Shown here: in pieces, positions 38,901-52,769 of the stretch
Layout: every line of letters begins with the position of its first letter
How positions within the stretch are numbered: the first letter of the stretch is position 1
From: Phoronis australis
Lineage: Eukaryota; Animalia; Phoronida
Length of the DNA: 64,000 nucleotides
Direction of reading: 5' to 3'
Assembly (NCBI GenBank): GCA_002633005.1
Contig: NMRA01000267.1
Coordinates: forward strand, 124,001-188,000
Notes under the pieces: generated by a model
The model's input: only the letters and a program-made list of their open reading frames with translations
Told to the model about the DNA's origin: nothing
The model's database searches: none
Made by a program: the position numbers and the translations under genes

Positions 38901-41900
38901 AAACAGGAATTACAGGAGTTAATTGTTCATAAGCTACGCTGGTGTAGAAGAAACTATGTAGAAATAACTACTAAAAATGGGCTGGCAGAATTTGTAAACA
39001 ATGGCTTAAACCAATCAGATCATTCAGAATCTGTCACGTGATCACTTCTCTCGAACTGCAAAACTTGAGTCAAAAAATTGAACATGAAAAATATCAAAAT
39101 AAATTGAAATACATAAAAGGCAATTTAAAACACATTTGCAGTAACGAAAATAGCACTTTGTATCCCGTTTCGGTGGCACGTAGAAAATCGCACTCAAATG
39201 GTCAGGTCTAGTACTAGCAGCCAACGGCAACGGGCGTGCATGTGGGATCAAACAAAAGAATTTCATACATCACTCACATCCCACGATTCCAATCCAATGA
39301 ATAACCAGTTACAGTTGAATTTCCTTTCAGGAAGCGTTGTTATTTGTAGTGTTTCATCGTTTTCAGTCGGTCCTCCAACTCCAACTTAGTCCAAGGCGAC
39401 TCCGTAATTGTTCCTCTCTCAAAATTTACAGAACACAAGCCTTGGTTTGTGAAGACATTGACCGTTTCTTTTACCCACTTTTTCCATGAAATATTCAGTC
39501 TACTCCACACTCCACGCATTTTTGACCAAAGAATCGCACTATATGTCACCGCGATTTTATACCAAATGCCGACGTCATTGATGAACCACGCTATCCCAGG
39601 CACAGGCACTTGAATTTATCTGTTCCTAGAATGCCACTGACATCACTCACTACTAAGAAAACATGCCTCTTATATATGGTAACGAGTCATTGGCAAATTC
39701 AAGCGCCTGTGATCCGCAATTACAATTTTCGTTCCTCCGAAACATAAAGAGCAGTTTCCGCTTTTCGAGTCGTCAGCAACGCTGCGGTGAGAAACCAATT
39801 TACCACGATAATTTTATGGCAAATTCGATTTTTTCCGCGGAAATATAACAAAAATACGCGGATCGAATAAAAAAAGCAGAAATCCGCGTTTCCGCGGACA
39901 ATTCCAAGCCTTGAGAAAATAGACGTTATACAAGCCTACAGAGAACATCCGTGAATGGCTTCTCAAAATCAACAGATATGTCTTCTAACGCATACCACAA
40001 ACCCACACATATCAGGAAACCACAGGAAATGTTTCCCCAATCCATACCTATCAGTAAAGGCCTTGTCAAAGTCAAACACAAACTCCCAGCCCTGTTTCAC
40101 ACGTAGCCGGGACATCTGCTCCAGGATAGCTTTGACATCATCTGCAGGTAACTGAAATAATGATAAAAGTTTGCAAAACAACAGAAGGAACTGGATCTTC
40201 ATTTTCAATAATTTATTCTAAAGGCAGCAGATTTTACTTCTAATTATGAATTATGTTTAGAGCATAAAAACGATGCAAAGACACAGCACCCATATCTTTT
40301 TACATTTTCTTTTCAAATTTTTAACAGCATAGACTGGCATAATACTGATGTCACAAAACACATAGAAAGACATGGTTCACAATGTGTTGACCCGAAAAGA
40401 TGACAGATATACTTCTCTATAGGATTATCCACATTTTAGCTCCAGTTTTCCAATATAAACAACTGACTTAACATTCTTGCCCATTAATTGTTAATTAAGA
40501 CCCATGAAGAGAAACCCCACAGTTTTAGGTAGACGTAAATGAATATTGTGAAAATCAATGGTTTTTAAGTATATTAGACACAGAAAACCATTTGATCAAA
40601 ATCACATTTACTTTTGCACCGATGCTTGGCCCAGAAAATCAAAAGAAGATCTGTTTGGGTTCAAATTCAGTGCGTTCAACGTAGCAATGTCAACATAGCC
40701 AAAATCATAAAGTTCTCAATCTTGGCAATTGTTTAATGCCACAAACTTCTGTAGCAGACAATTACCACAAAAAGGTGAAGGCTACTTCCGTCAAGAGTTC
40801 AAGGTTCTTGACTGAAGCACATTATCTTGACCCAACAGTTATGCTAAAAAAATATTGCTGTGAAAACAATCTGGCTCCTTTCCTAAACACAAGTTGGAGT
40901 TACCTGCTTCCAAGTATTTTGTGCCTTCACTAGAACTTTTCAGAACCTACACTATGCACTGCCATGACTTAAGTAGTTCACTGGCACTTTTTCTTACTTT
41001 AACTACTGAAGTTATGTCTTTTCTCACAACAAATCTGCTTTGCCTGAACTTCCACATCTGAAAAACAAAAATTCCCATAAGGAGCACACCTCAGACAGTT
41101 CCCGCTGGTTACCAGGATGCACAGACATTTCCTGTCATCACGTGGACGCCATATTCATAACCGAGAATGAAGAGGATTTAACAGGAAAGATAGTAAAGTG
41201 GCTAAGCCATTCCATAATTAGAACTTATAGTCCTTACCAGTAATTTTTGCTGTTCACAGAATTAGTCGTCATGACTGGGAAACAGTAATTTTGTTTGATT
41301 AATATTGTCCTGCACTGTATACATAAAAACCACAGTTATGTACTAAGATTGAACATAATGCGAAAAATTGTTTAGCTGCACAAATTGTTAAATCCTTAAT
41401 AACAAGAGAAATATAAAGAAAAACACNCTAAAAATAGGCAGAATTTGTAAACAATGGCTTAGACCAATCAGATCATTCAGAATCTGTCATGTGATCACTT
41501 CTATCGAACTGCAAAATTTGAGTCACAAAATTGAGCACGAAAAAGGTCAAAATAAATTGAAATACATAAAAGGCAATTTAAAACACATTTGCAATAACGA
41601 AAATAGCACTTTGTATCCCATTTCGGCGGCACGTAGAAAATCGCACTCAGGCGGTCAGGCCTAGCACTAGAAGCCAACGGCAACGGGCGTCCATGTGGGA
41701 TCAAACAAAAGAATTTCATACATCACTCACATCCCACGACTCCAATCCACAAATAACCGGTTACGGTTGTATTTCCTTTCAGGAAGCGTTGTTATTTGTA
41801 GTGTTTCATCGTTTTGAGTCGGTCCTCCAACTCCAACATAGTCCAAGGCGACTCGGCCACGCACTCCGTAATTGTTCCTCTCTCAAAGTTTACAGAGGAC

Positions 41901-44900
41901 AAACCTTGGTTTGTGAAGACATTGACCGTTTTTTTTACCCACTTTTTCCATGAAATATTCAGTCTACTCCACACTCCACGCATTTTTGACCGCAGAATCA
42001 CACTATATGTCACCGCGATTTTATACCAAATGCAGACGCCATTGATGAGCCACGCTATCCCACGCACAGGCACTTGAATTTATCCGTTCCTCGATTGCCA
42101 CTGACGTCACTCACTACTAAGAAAACATGTCTCTTCTATATGGTTACGAGTCATTGGCAAATTCGAGCGCCTGTGATCCGCAATTACAATTTTCATTCCT
42201 CCGAAACATAAAGAGTCGTCAGTAACACCGCGGTTAGAAACCAATTTACCGCGATAATTTTATGGCAAATTCGATTTTTTCTGCGGAAATATAACAAAAG
42301 TACGTAGATCGAATAAAAGAAAAAAGCGGAAATCCGTGTTTCCGCAGACAATTCAAAGCCTTGAGAAAATACAGACGAGTTTTCAATCAAACATAAGCAA
42401 AAATGTTATACAAGCCTACAGAGAACATCCTTGAATGGCTTCTCAAAATCAACAGATATGTCTTCTAACGCATACCACAAACCCACACATAGCAGGAAAC
42501 CACAGGAAATGTTTCCCCAATCCATACCTATCAGTAAAGGCCTTGTCAAAGTCAAACACAAACTCCCAGCCCTGTTTCACACGTAGCCGGGACATCTGCT
42601 CCAGGATAGCTTTGACATCATCTGCAGGTAACTGAAATAATGATAAAAGTTTGCAAAACAACAGAAGGAACTGGATCTTCATTTTCAATAATTTATTCTA
42701 AAGGCAGCAGATTTTACTTCTAATTATGAATTATGTTTAGAGCATAAAAACGATGCAAAGACACAGCACCCATATCTTTTTACATTTTCTTTTCAAATTT
42801 TTAACAGCATAGACTGGCATAATACTGATGTCACAAAACACATAGAAAGACATGGTTCACAATGTGTTGACCCGAAAAGATGACAGATATACTTCTCTAT
42901 AGGATTATCCACATTTTAGCTCCAGTTTTCCAATATAAACAACTGACTTAACATTCTTGCCCATTAATTGTTAATTAAGACCCATGAAGAGAAACCCCAC
43001 AGTTTTAGGTAGACGTAAATGAATATTGTGAAAATCAATGGTTTTTAAGTATATTAGACACAGAAAACCATTTGATCAAAATCACATTTACTTTTGCACC
43101 GATGCTTGGCCCAGAAAATCAAAAGAAGATTTGTCTGGGTTCAAATTCAGTGCGTTCAACCTAGCAATGTCACCATAGCCAAAATCATAAAGTTCTCAAT
43201 CTTGGCAATTGTTTAACGCCACAAACTTCTGTAGCAGACAATTACCACAAAGCGGTGAAGGCTACTTCTGTCAAGAGTTCAAGGTTCTTGACTAAAGCAC
43301 ATAATCTTGACCCAACAGATATGCTAAAAAAATATTGCTGTGAAAATAATCTGGCTCCTTTCCTAAACACTAGATGGAGTTACCTGCTTCCAAGTATTTT
43401 GTGCCTTCACTAGAACTTTTCAGAACCTACACTATGCACTGTCATGACTTAAGTAGTTCAATTGCACTTTTTCTTACTTTAACTACTGAAGTTATGTCTT
43501 TTCTCACAACAAATCTGCTTTGCCTGAACTTCCACATCTGAAAAACAAAAATTCCCATAAGGAGCACACCTCAGACAGTTCCCGCATGAAAAACAAAGGT
43601 TTATTTGCTACAAGTAGCTAGCTGGTTACCAGGATGCAGACATTTCCTGTCATCACTTTTGGGAGGACAAGGATTTAACAGGAAAGATAGTAATGTGGCT
43701 AAGCCATTCCATAAATAGAACTTATAGTCCTTACCAGTAATTTTTGCTGTTCATAGAATTAGTCGCCATGATTGGGAAACAGTATTTTGTTTGATTAATA
43801 TTGTCCTGCACTGTATACATAAAAATCAGTTATGTACTAAGATTGAACATAATGTGAAAAATTGTTTAGCTGCACAAATTGTTAAATCCTTAATAACAGG
43901 AGAAATATAAAGAAAAACAAAGTACAGAAGTACATTTTTCATTAGTTTTTGCCTTTTCCGTAGTTTAAGTCAGAAAAATCTATATTTGATTTCTGAAGAT
44001 CGATGTTTTGATATCTTAGAACACTTCCGAGTTCTGATTTTGTCTCATAAACAGCTATAAAGTACATGTTGCATCTAAATATCGCTCACATGGCTTACCA
44101 TGAAAAAATAAGCAGAACCGAGTCAGCTGTGATCACTTACCATGTAGTCTCTACCTCTACACAAGATGTCAGCAGGCACCCCGCTGTGTGGACTGAATGT
44201 GTCTTTTGGATGGAGCACCTCACTAAAACAGACAAAAGATGCAGTAAGAAACCATGAAAGGTAAAAATTAAGAATTGTTAATAAAACCACCGTTTGCCTA
44301 ATAGAAGAAATTTCATCATTTTTGTACAAATGTCCACAGAAGACATGAACACAGAATACTGGATACTTATATGAGCCAGTAAACACTCAAAACTGGCAAA
44401 ACACTGACCTTTTGACTACCCAGCACCCTTGGACCAACATGGCTACTTGCTGCACAGCCTTGAGCGCTGCATTGTGATCAATGCCTTTTGGAAGTAAGCT
44501 CAGCAACTGACTGAACTGCAGCACTTTAGCTGAAAACACAAACAATTGCATTACATTAACATTGCATTACAACAAATAACTGTATTACATTAACATTGCA
44601 TTACAAACAACTCCACTAGGTTAACATTGCTTTACAAATAAGTGCATTATGTTAACATTACGCTACAAATAACTGCATTACATTATTAACATTACATTAC
44701 ATTACAAACAACACTGCATTAATAAGTGGAAAAGATACTGACACACTATTCAATGGTTCCTAAAGAAATAATACATTCACTTCTGGCAATTTTAATGTGA
44801 AAACAATTAACTTTGGAACCACACCACTTACTGCTATAAAACTAGTCTCAATTAGTAGCTTAGACAAAATAGAAATGACTGACAAATCCTAGTATAAACT

Positions 44901-47900
44901 GAAGCTGATTGCTTAATAACTTGGGAGTTGAGGGGCTCCTCACTTTGCACCAGAACTACTATGTGGATATAGGCTAGTTCAGTGACCAAACACAAGATGG
45001 GGATACTAGTAGGAACATTGTGACTTCACAGATAAACCTCCAGGGGGCACTAAATTAAAGTCCAACTGTCACTACAACATTTTTCACTTGTCACTACAAT
45101 ATCATGATCAGGTGCACAACGTAAGTTTTGTCGTAGAAATATCATGCCATAGGCTTTCTGAAAATTTTAAGTGACTATAAGCTGGTGTTCTGTCCAAGAA
45201 GCAAACTTATGATTAAGACAACTCACATACTTAAACTGGTCTCAACTTGTTATTTCTCACATGAGAAGTGACTTCTGGGTTTACAAACAACTAACAGTTC
45301 GTTATTCCTCAAGACTATGTTTGGGGCACAACACGGCATGCTTCGACAAACCAACTTGTAGAGCCTGGTCTCATGCAATAATGAACTATCAGTTCTTCCA
45401 AAGTCCTGAAATCACCTCCAAGTTGACTAACAAACAACTTGAGACCAATTCCATAACGATAAATGTCAGAATTCAAGCGTTGGTTCTTGGGATGTAAGAC
45501 AGGTTAATAGCTGCTTTGAATACCAACCATAGGAAGTTTAGCAGCAGAGATCTATTTGATAAAATCACCCAAGTAAATGCCACGACACAATGAATCAAAT
45601 GAACAAAGACTATAGGAGCAGAATGCTAACCTACCACTGACAAATAATGCCTTGACTTGATCTGCCAAGTTCATGAACTTTAACTGAGCTAAAGAAAGCA
45701 CGTTGTCAGGCAAGTCAGGTTTCTCTCTGAAATAGAGCATATTTGATGCATGTCAGATTGAGAAAATGAAAGGTCCATTACTTTCAAAATACATCCCCTT
45801 TGCAGTAGTGCAAACTACATGGTAGTATCAATCATAGACAGCAAATTTACAACTCCAAAAATTTCTTAAGAAATTCCCAGCAGAGGCGCCACTTACTTCA
45901 TGTACTAAACTCTGCTTCTGGCAAGTGAACTCTGACAAGGAATTTCGTTATGTATTTTATTGTCGACAAGCACGAAAGAAAACCTTTCGGCAATGAAAAG
46001 ATGTTCAACACCTCCCTTTAGTTCAGTGACGTGAGAATTTTGGTAATAGTTCAGGAAGTGCAATTGCAAAATTCAAGCCATGGTGACACAAGCCAGAATT
46101 AACAGACGTACAAACTAGACGTAACATGGGTCAACTCTGCAGGCATCACTAGTGAATAAGGACGTTACGACTTGTGTAAAAGAAAACAGACCTCGTGCAC
46201 TTAGAATACACAGAGTTGACATTACGTCATGGCAGAAAGAGTAAACATCACAGCTGCCGTCACATAATTAAGACAAGAAAAGGCTAGCTACCCGAACAAC
46301 ATAACTCATGCAATCATGAACATGGCTTGCAGAACTGGAGGCCCAACTCAGTAACTTAAAAACACACCCGCACTCACAAACATCGCTGACACACCCGCAC
46401 TCACAAACATCGCTGACACACCCAATCACAGGGCTCACTGACTTACATTACCAAAAATCCAANACTGCGTGACTCAACAAAGAGTCTGAGCCATGTTTAC
46501 AGCTGCTGGAGCAAGTCTCTAAGTCATGTTCATGAGCGTGGAGCAAGGTCCACTAGTGCGTGAGTTGTGTTGTTCGCGTAACCTGAAGAGCTTAAAACGC
46601 CACCATTTGCTCACTGTCAAGTCAAAAGAAGATTCATGGTATCACTTACTCTTCAAGATTTGTTGCCTCAGGTAACAACATGTGCAGGTACTCATCAGGT
46701 GAGGCTGTGAACAAGGTCTCCTCTGTGCACCTTGAACACAGCAGGTTGGCTCGTTCTCTCTCACACTCGCTGTCCTGTTCATCAGCATAAACACCAAGTC
46801 ATCAACCATTATTACTGTCACTACTTTACAGCCCACAAAAAGGGAGCTCACCAAAAACTAAGACCACATAACAGTAGTTCATCTTACTCGAGCATAACAA
46901 AATGTTTTCATCAGAACATGCTCAGCTAAGATCACTGACCTCGTAAACCTGCAGGAGTTTTCAGGAAAGTGTCAGTATTAAAATTACACCTAGTGTATGT
47001 AGGTCAGTTTTGCAAATTAAATCTAAATTAAGTGGTTCAACTCTTGCAAACTGATCCATGAATTTCTTTAGCACCAGTAAGCAGCCTTGAGCCTCAGAGA
47101 CAAATGAGATACAAGGTTCATTGTAGGTGCGCACGGTCCCGTCAAAACAAGACAAGATCAGCTACATTTGGATGGCAATACTGATTTAACTAAATTTGAC
47201 AACAATGAAACATAAGCACAACTCAAAGGACCCCTTTAGAAAGCAAAAAGTCCTCATTTTTAGCATTCAGGCTACTGAAAAGCATCACAAAACCATTGGC
47301 TCACTCATATTGGGTTTTCATTTTACCATAGGAAGTCACAATTAAACTTGAATCTGACTGACTAGTATTTCTCACAAACTTGGTGGCAGCAAGTGTGTAA
47401 CTTTATTTCATTTCATATTCTTTAGGTCTGAACAAGTCAGAACTACTGTCAACTGTTTTCAAAAAGCAATCTTTGGAGATAAAGACAAAACCCAAATGCC
47501 AACAGCTTCTTTTCAGGAAAAAGCTTCAGCAGACGCGAGACGTTTTAACAGCCTTGAGTTCGGCTGCATTTTCAACTGACTGATACATACCGCTGGATCA
47601 CTATAGACGCGCACGTCTACCCATGGTTCATTCTGCCTCGTCTTCTGAAGGTGGTCAAAGGAAGCCAGACGGCGTGCCTTCGCTTCAGCCGATTCAGCAC
47701 GAGCAAACTTGACAAGCACTGGTTTGGCCTCCTCCACTTCAGCCTCATCTTGGGAGTTGTCAGCTGAGGTTATAGAGACAGGTGGAATAGTACCATGTAT
47801 GTCACAAAATGAAATGATATGGAGGCATTTTTTAAGTGGTTACAAACTTGTGTGCCATCCTAAAACGCGAACTTTTGACTTAGGATCACGCACTTCTACA

Positions 47901-50900
47901 AAAATTGGTCGCAACTTGTTCATTACTCATAAGAGAAGAGATTTCTGGGTTTGCAAAGAGATGAAGGGATTCTTATTTTACTTGAAACCCTGCCTGAATG
48001 ATAGTGACATGTCATGACAAGACAACATGTAGAGCCTAATCCTCAAACGATAACAAACCGAGTTCTTTCAAAGCCCTAAAATCACTCAGAGTTTGACTAA
48101 GGAACAACTTAAAGACACATTTCAAAACAGAAAGTGGTCTCAATCTAAAGTTGGTTATTTGATAGAAGGCGTTTTTAGCTATTTTTAAATTTTCAAATTT
48201 ATTTTTCATCATCTTTATTTCCACAACAAAAATATCAGGTGTAAATTGACCAATAAAATTTCCAATCATGCCAAAAAGTGATCAATTTGCATGCAAAACT
48301 AATGACAATTCACACAAACTACAACTGACTGCAGGTTGCATTTCAACAACAATTCCTATTCCATTAAAAGAAATCGCTGAAGCTAGCACGTCATGCATCG
48401 ATTTCATGCTTTTCACTTTCGTTACTCTCATCTATCATTCCCACATCGTCTTGAGCGCAAGAATACATTAGACGCACCTTAAATAAAACTACAGCAAATC
48501 GTTCCTACCTGCATCCCCTGTTTGCTCCTTGGTCTTCTGATCCACTTTGTCCATATACCCAAAACTTGGCCGCAGCTGGATCATACCATGTACTGGTGTT
48601 AGGTGTAGCTCACCTATGAAGAGAAGGCCCACTCCCATATAAATGAGGCTACACATATTGCGATTAACATCCTCTCACACCAACCTGACACAAAATCTTA
48701 TGAATTTGCTATACAACAATTCACAATAAATGATATTTCATGCTGGGTGAAAATAGAGTTTGTGTATAGATTGATACGCAAATTAACATAATAAAGTTCT
48801 CTGTTCCAAAACACATCGATAATTTGACACAATTAAGAAGTGAGTTCAAGGTTGCATAGACCACACATGGGAGATAACTTCAAGCAAAAACTTGTTTCAG
48901 CTTACTGTCTTTTAAAATGCCTACAGCATACTGTGCATGATCCATGGCAGAGGTGGTTGAGGTAAGTACTTGCTTGTCCATCTTATCACTGAAAAATAAA
49001 TGCAATACAGTCATCAAAACTGACTAGAATTTTACATGAACAAATTAAAGATGCCAAACAAGTGCATCGTCTCCACTGCTTAACGTGCACTTCTAACAGA
49101 TCAATGTAGACTAACAAAATGTCCGATTGTAAATATCTGAACACTTAATAATCTTAGTAACAGTACCACAACCATACTACACCTTTTCTGTGAATTTAAA
49201 TTAGTGACAATCACATCCTTTGATAGCCATCCAGATGGCTGTACAGCAAGCAACCACTGTGTTTAAGTTCCAACAGACCTTGAAATTTCACACCATCAGG
49301 GTAGTTTCCTTTGCACTTCATAATCAGTCAAACTTAAATGAGGTCCAGGATTTTCTTTTGTCAAAAATCCAAACATTTGTCAAACTGTACATCACCAATT
49401 CACGTCCTGATCTTCCTTTCAGCTACTCCACATAGTCAAACTCACACAATTGCTAAACACACCATTATGATTTTAACAGCATAAGATTTAAGCTAAAATC
49501 ACAATGCAATTTTCAACCACTTGTCTTGCAGAGCAAGATGCCGATGCTTCTCAAGCATAACACGAGATTTTTGAACATGGCTCATTGCTTTTAAAATACA
49601 TGAAGAGGGAACCTTGGATAATGAACGGTGTAAGGTTTATAAATTACAACCCGAAAACTTTGAGTCAGATATCAATTATTTTGACTACCTAGTTTGTCCG
49701 AGATGAATGACCAAAACAATACGCTATTTTCCACAACGTAACAATCAAGAAGAACAATGAACATTACCTGTTGAAATGTGGTGTGCCTGAAACACCAAAC
49801 GTCCCATCCACATTGAGAGCAATCTGTTCCCCTTTACTCTGAGCATAGTTTACACTTGATGTGTTGATTGCCAACTCAAGTTCAACCTGCAAGAAAATCG
49901 GTGCGAGAAGTCTGCAGACAGGGAATGAACAACAGAAATTGAATAGAGCAAACCAGAGGTTACAAGGGCTTGATTTGGCAACATGCAGCTCACCATTGGC
50001 AATCTGGTAAACAATACCAAGTCAGCACAAAGTCACCACAATTGTGCACATATCTGACCCCGTGATCAAATACCACAGAAATTGAACAACAGGAGTCGGG
50101 AATTGTTCAGCAAAAACAAACAAAAAGCTCGTTCCAGATGTCTCGTTTTATCATTTTCAGGCCCATATTTTCATACCACCACATGCAGGTTTCGGCAAGC
50201 TCATTTCCCATTAGGTGAATGGGGAATTTTGCATAAAAACATTCCACATCACTGAGCAACTAGAAAATACCACTGACTATATTTTCAAAAACAGACCACG
50301 ACCAATTATGCTTTTTGGCCAAACATTTAAATTGAAAAACGTGAAAATAAATGAGTGGAAACATAGATGAACATGACACAATGTGGGCACGTAAAGGCAG
50401 CCTTTTAAGAGCAATAACCTGAATAGGAACATCGTTTTAGGTACCTTTTTCTGCTTTGGCTTTACACGGGCACTAGTGTGAGCAATGTCCTCATAGGGAG
50501 CAGTGGCAGGCCGAACTGGATACTGAAAACGCAAAAAAATCAAGTGATATCAACACTCTCGTAACAAATGATTGTTGTCATCAAAGTTATTAACCAGTCT
50601 AATTTCAAAAAAGCGAACACTGCATCAACTTTTACTATTGATCAAATAAAAATACATACAAAACAAAATGCAGCGCGACTCATGAAACACAGGGTTATTT
50701 AACTTTCAAAATGGAAGCGATTGAAGTTAAATTTTATCTTCAAGAGCACAAACAGAAACAATTAGTGGAATGAGTGTCCTAAATTCAATATAGTTACACC
50801 CTAGCCCTGTTTTATTGGGTGAGAAAGTCAAATGGTTATGTGTAATCCTAGAAAAAGTCCAAAATTAGGCTAACGACAGAACATCATCTGTGAGAAATAG

Positions 50901-52769
50901 CCGATCAGATTCAAACTTACAGATACTGCACTTTATGTATTGTTCTCCAAAACGTAGTTTGGCATAGCTTTTCAAAATGTTTCACTTTGGCATGAGGGTT
51001 ACCAAAAAGTGGTACCTTTAGGATTTCACGAGAAAAATTCACAAGTTGCATAAATCAAAAAAAAAAAAGAAAACAGTTTAGAAAACTGCAACAGCATTTT
51101 TAAGATTTCATCTTGAATTTTAACACCAAATGGAATTGGGTCATGTAAATGATACCGCCATTTTACTTTGAATGCTCTTAGGATTTTGCATGAAAGATTG
51201 GAATAAAGTCAAAAATCAATTTGTCTAGCCTTTCATTGTCATAAGGTCTCATATAACCATTTACTTACTTGATGCAATGGGTGATTGAGCAAGGATCACC
51301 ATGGGAACTAATCAGCGATGAGACAGATGTTAGTAAAACATCTCTAGACCAAACAGAGCAAACCAGACAGAAAACTGCACATGCAAACCAAATGAAGATT
51401 TACCTGAAAGACATACAGACTATCTGCAAGCGACTTGGACAGGAAGACGTCTATCTGTAAAAAGAACGATCCATCTTACTAATAGTTACACATACAGACC
51501 TAACAAATCCAGATTCTTATTTAGCAATCCTGGATTGCAAAACATACAAGTCAGCTCGCCAACCGAGAATTACAATGCCACTTTTTGTTGCCATTAACTT
51601 TTTCACCACCAGTAATATGTTCACCAATGTGACAGGTGATATAATGAAATATATCAATCAGAGCGCCTCACTTGCTGAATTCCTGTTATTTCTGCAAAAT
51701 TTGCTCATCTAAAACATGCGGTGACCAATTTCAATTTGTAGATACTCTGTTATAGTTGACATTCCAAAGCCTAAACCAGGCTTGTGGAGCACGACAGGTC
51801 TCGTCTAGTACCCAGCCGTTCGACTACACACAACTAAGTTCAATGAACCTCAAAGGCAACAGTTCACAAAATTTTAGGTGCGGTCATGAATCTGTGGGCC
51901 TGAATGAACTGCAGTTGTACTGTAACTGTGATGGATTCATGCCTGTTGCCAGTATGAAATGTATGGAGTGTGCAAGATCACCAGTAAATTGCAGGGAGCT
52001 AGAATCCCTTTCTAGGGATTACTACAGATTAAATTTTCACATACATAAACTGCAATGAACATCTCACTAGAAAAACTGCAGGTTACCGTAGCAATACAAA
52101 GCCTTTACCACGTCATTCTGTAGAGTGAAGGTCAGCTACTCAGGTTTGAGTGTCATACCAAAGAAAGATAGCCTTGGCTTTAATGCCATGGTTACTTGCA
52201 AGACTATAGAAGTACACGGCAAATTATCGTAACTAAGTGGTTCAATTTTTGGGTACATGTAGAAACTAGTAGACAAAATTCATATCAAATTTTGCATTGA
52301 TAGATTTGTCACTGAGCTTTGAAAAAGATAGCGATTAGCGTGTGCGGCAAATCCCCTGGCGCGAGCGGTAATATGGCTACTTGCCGATTTGGGCAACTGA
52401 ACGAAGGACTCTTTGAAAAAAGTTTGATTGTGTGAGTATTTGAGCTGGCAAGAGTTAAAAACATCAACAGCCTACTAAGGCGTACCATATGTACAAATAG
52501 TACTTTTGCAACATGACCAATGACTTTGATGGTTTGATCAGCGTGAAGCGTAATTCGCCGGCGAAAGCTTCAGCGCATGAAGGTTGGAGAGCCTATGGGA
52601 TGGAATCGTATCTACTAGGACATATAACAAAGCACATTAACTATGCGTTAAACTCAAAATTTCGTGAAGAACATTTCAATAATCGTTTCGAGCAAACATG
52701 AACACGGACATGAGATTAATAGGAAAATTATCAGAGAACCTCGTGAACAACTGGATCGTCTTCGTCCAT
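32963..52769 (-). CDS. POLR3E: DNA-directed RNA polymerase III subunit RPC5 (SIN-like)
   Basis: Minus-strand GT-AG exons: 52740-52769 (MDEDDPVVHE), 51404-51454 (IDVFLSKSLADSLYVFQ), 50445-50522 (YPVRP…KPKQKK), 49768-49886 (VELEL…KGEQIALNVDG), 48906-48988, 48509-48613 (ELHLTPVHGMIQLRPSF), 47591-47763, 46650-46774, 45635-45726, 44409-44529 (AMLVQGCWVVK), 44141-44222 (SPHSGVPADILCRGRD), 43478-43537 (MWKF), 42528-42631, 36747-36829, an uncertain stretch at 35650-36550, 35149-35645, 33743-33934, 32963-33016 (DYCVTKGLMWYLKGTEP*). Collinear with human RPC5 as I recall it. Confidence 0.96.
37187..37251. repeat. 14-bp minisatellite (GGGCATCCTTGCTA) about 4.5 copies
   Basis: Direct tandem units visible. 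Confidence 0.85.
37464..39913. mobile_element. hAT-like non-autonomous element hosting the Kolobok-like insertion
   Basis: CAGGGCTTGGAAT at 37464 and ATTCCAAGCCTTG ending at 39913. Both ends match the ends of the shorter copy at 54972-55461. Flanks CAGACAAT / AGAAAAT resemble a decayed TSD. Confidence 0.65.
37969..38845 (-). mobile_element. Internally deleted Kolobok-like DNA transposon with transposase remnants
   Basis: TTAA on both sides (37965-37968, 38846-38849) and about 190-bp imperfect TIRs starting AGG. The inner minus-strand ORF has a THAP-like start (MPHCCCLPGC), KFIVDLSKVLELFRRCQVCG and, frameshifted, WECVAGHSGKWGS. Confidence 0.8.
38971..41426 (+). repeat. Copy of 41428-43920, including duplicate POLR3E exons 40998-41057 and 40048-40151; probable haplotype/assembly duplication
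   Basis: About 2.45-kb direct repeat joined by the single N at 41427, with a near-identical core and diverged flanks. Confidence 0.9.
44545..44722. repeat. Degenerate ACATT/GCATT-rich minisatellite
   Basis: Repeated TGCATTACATTAACATTGCATTACAA units. Confidence 0.75.

Noticed and set aside
39042-39609. Repeated ORFs (MKFFCLIPHA…, MPVPGIAW…) also at 41501-42073
   Set aside because: They lie within the hAT-like element and the haplotype duplicate, and have no recognisable domain.
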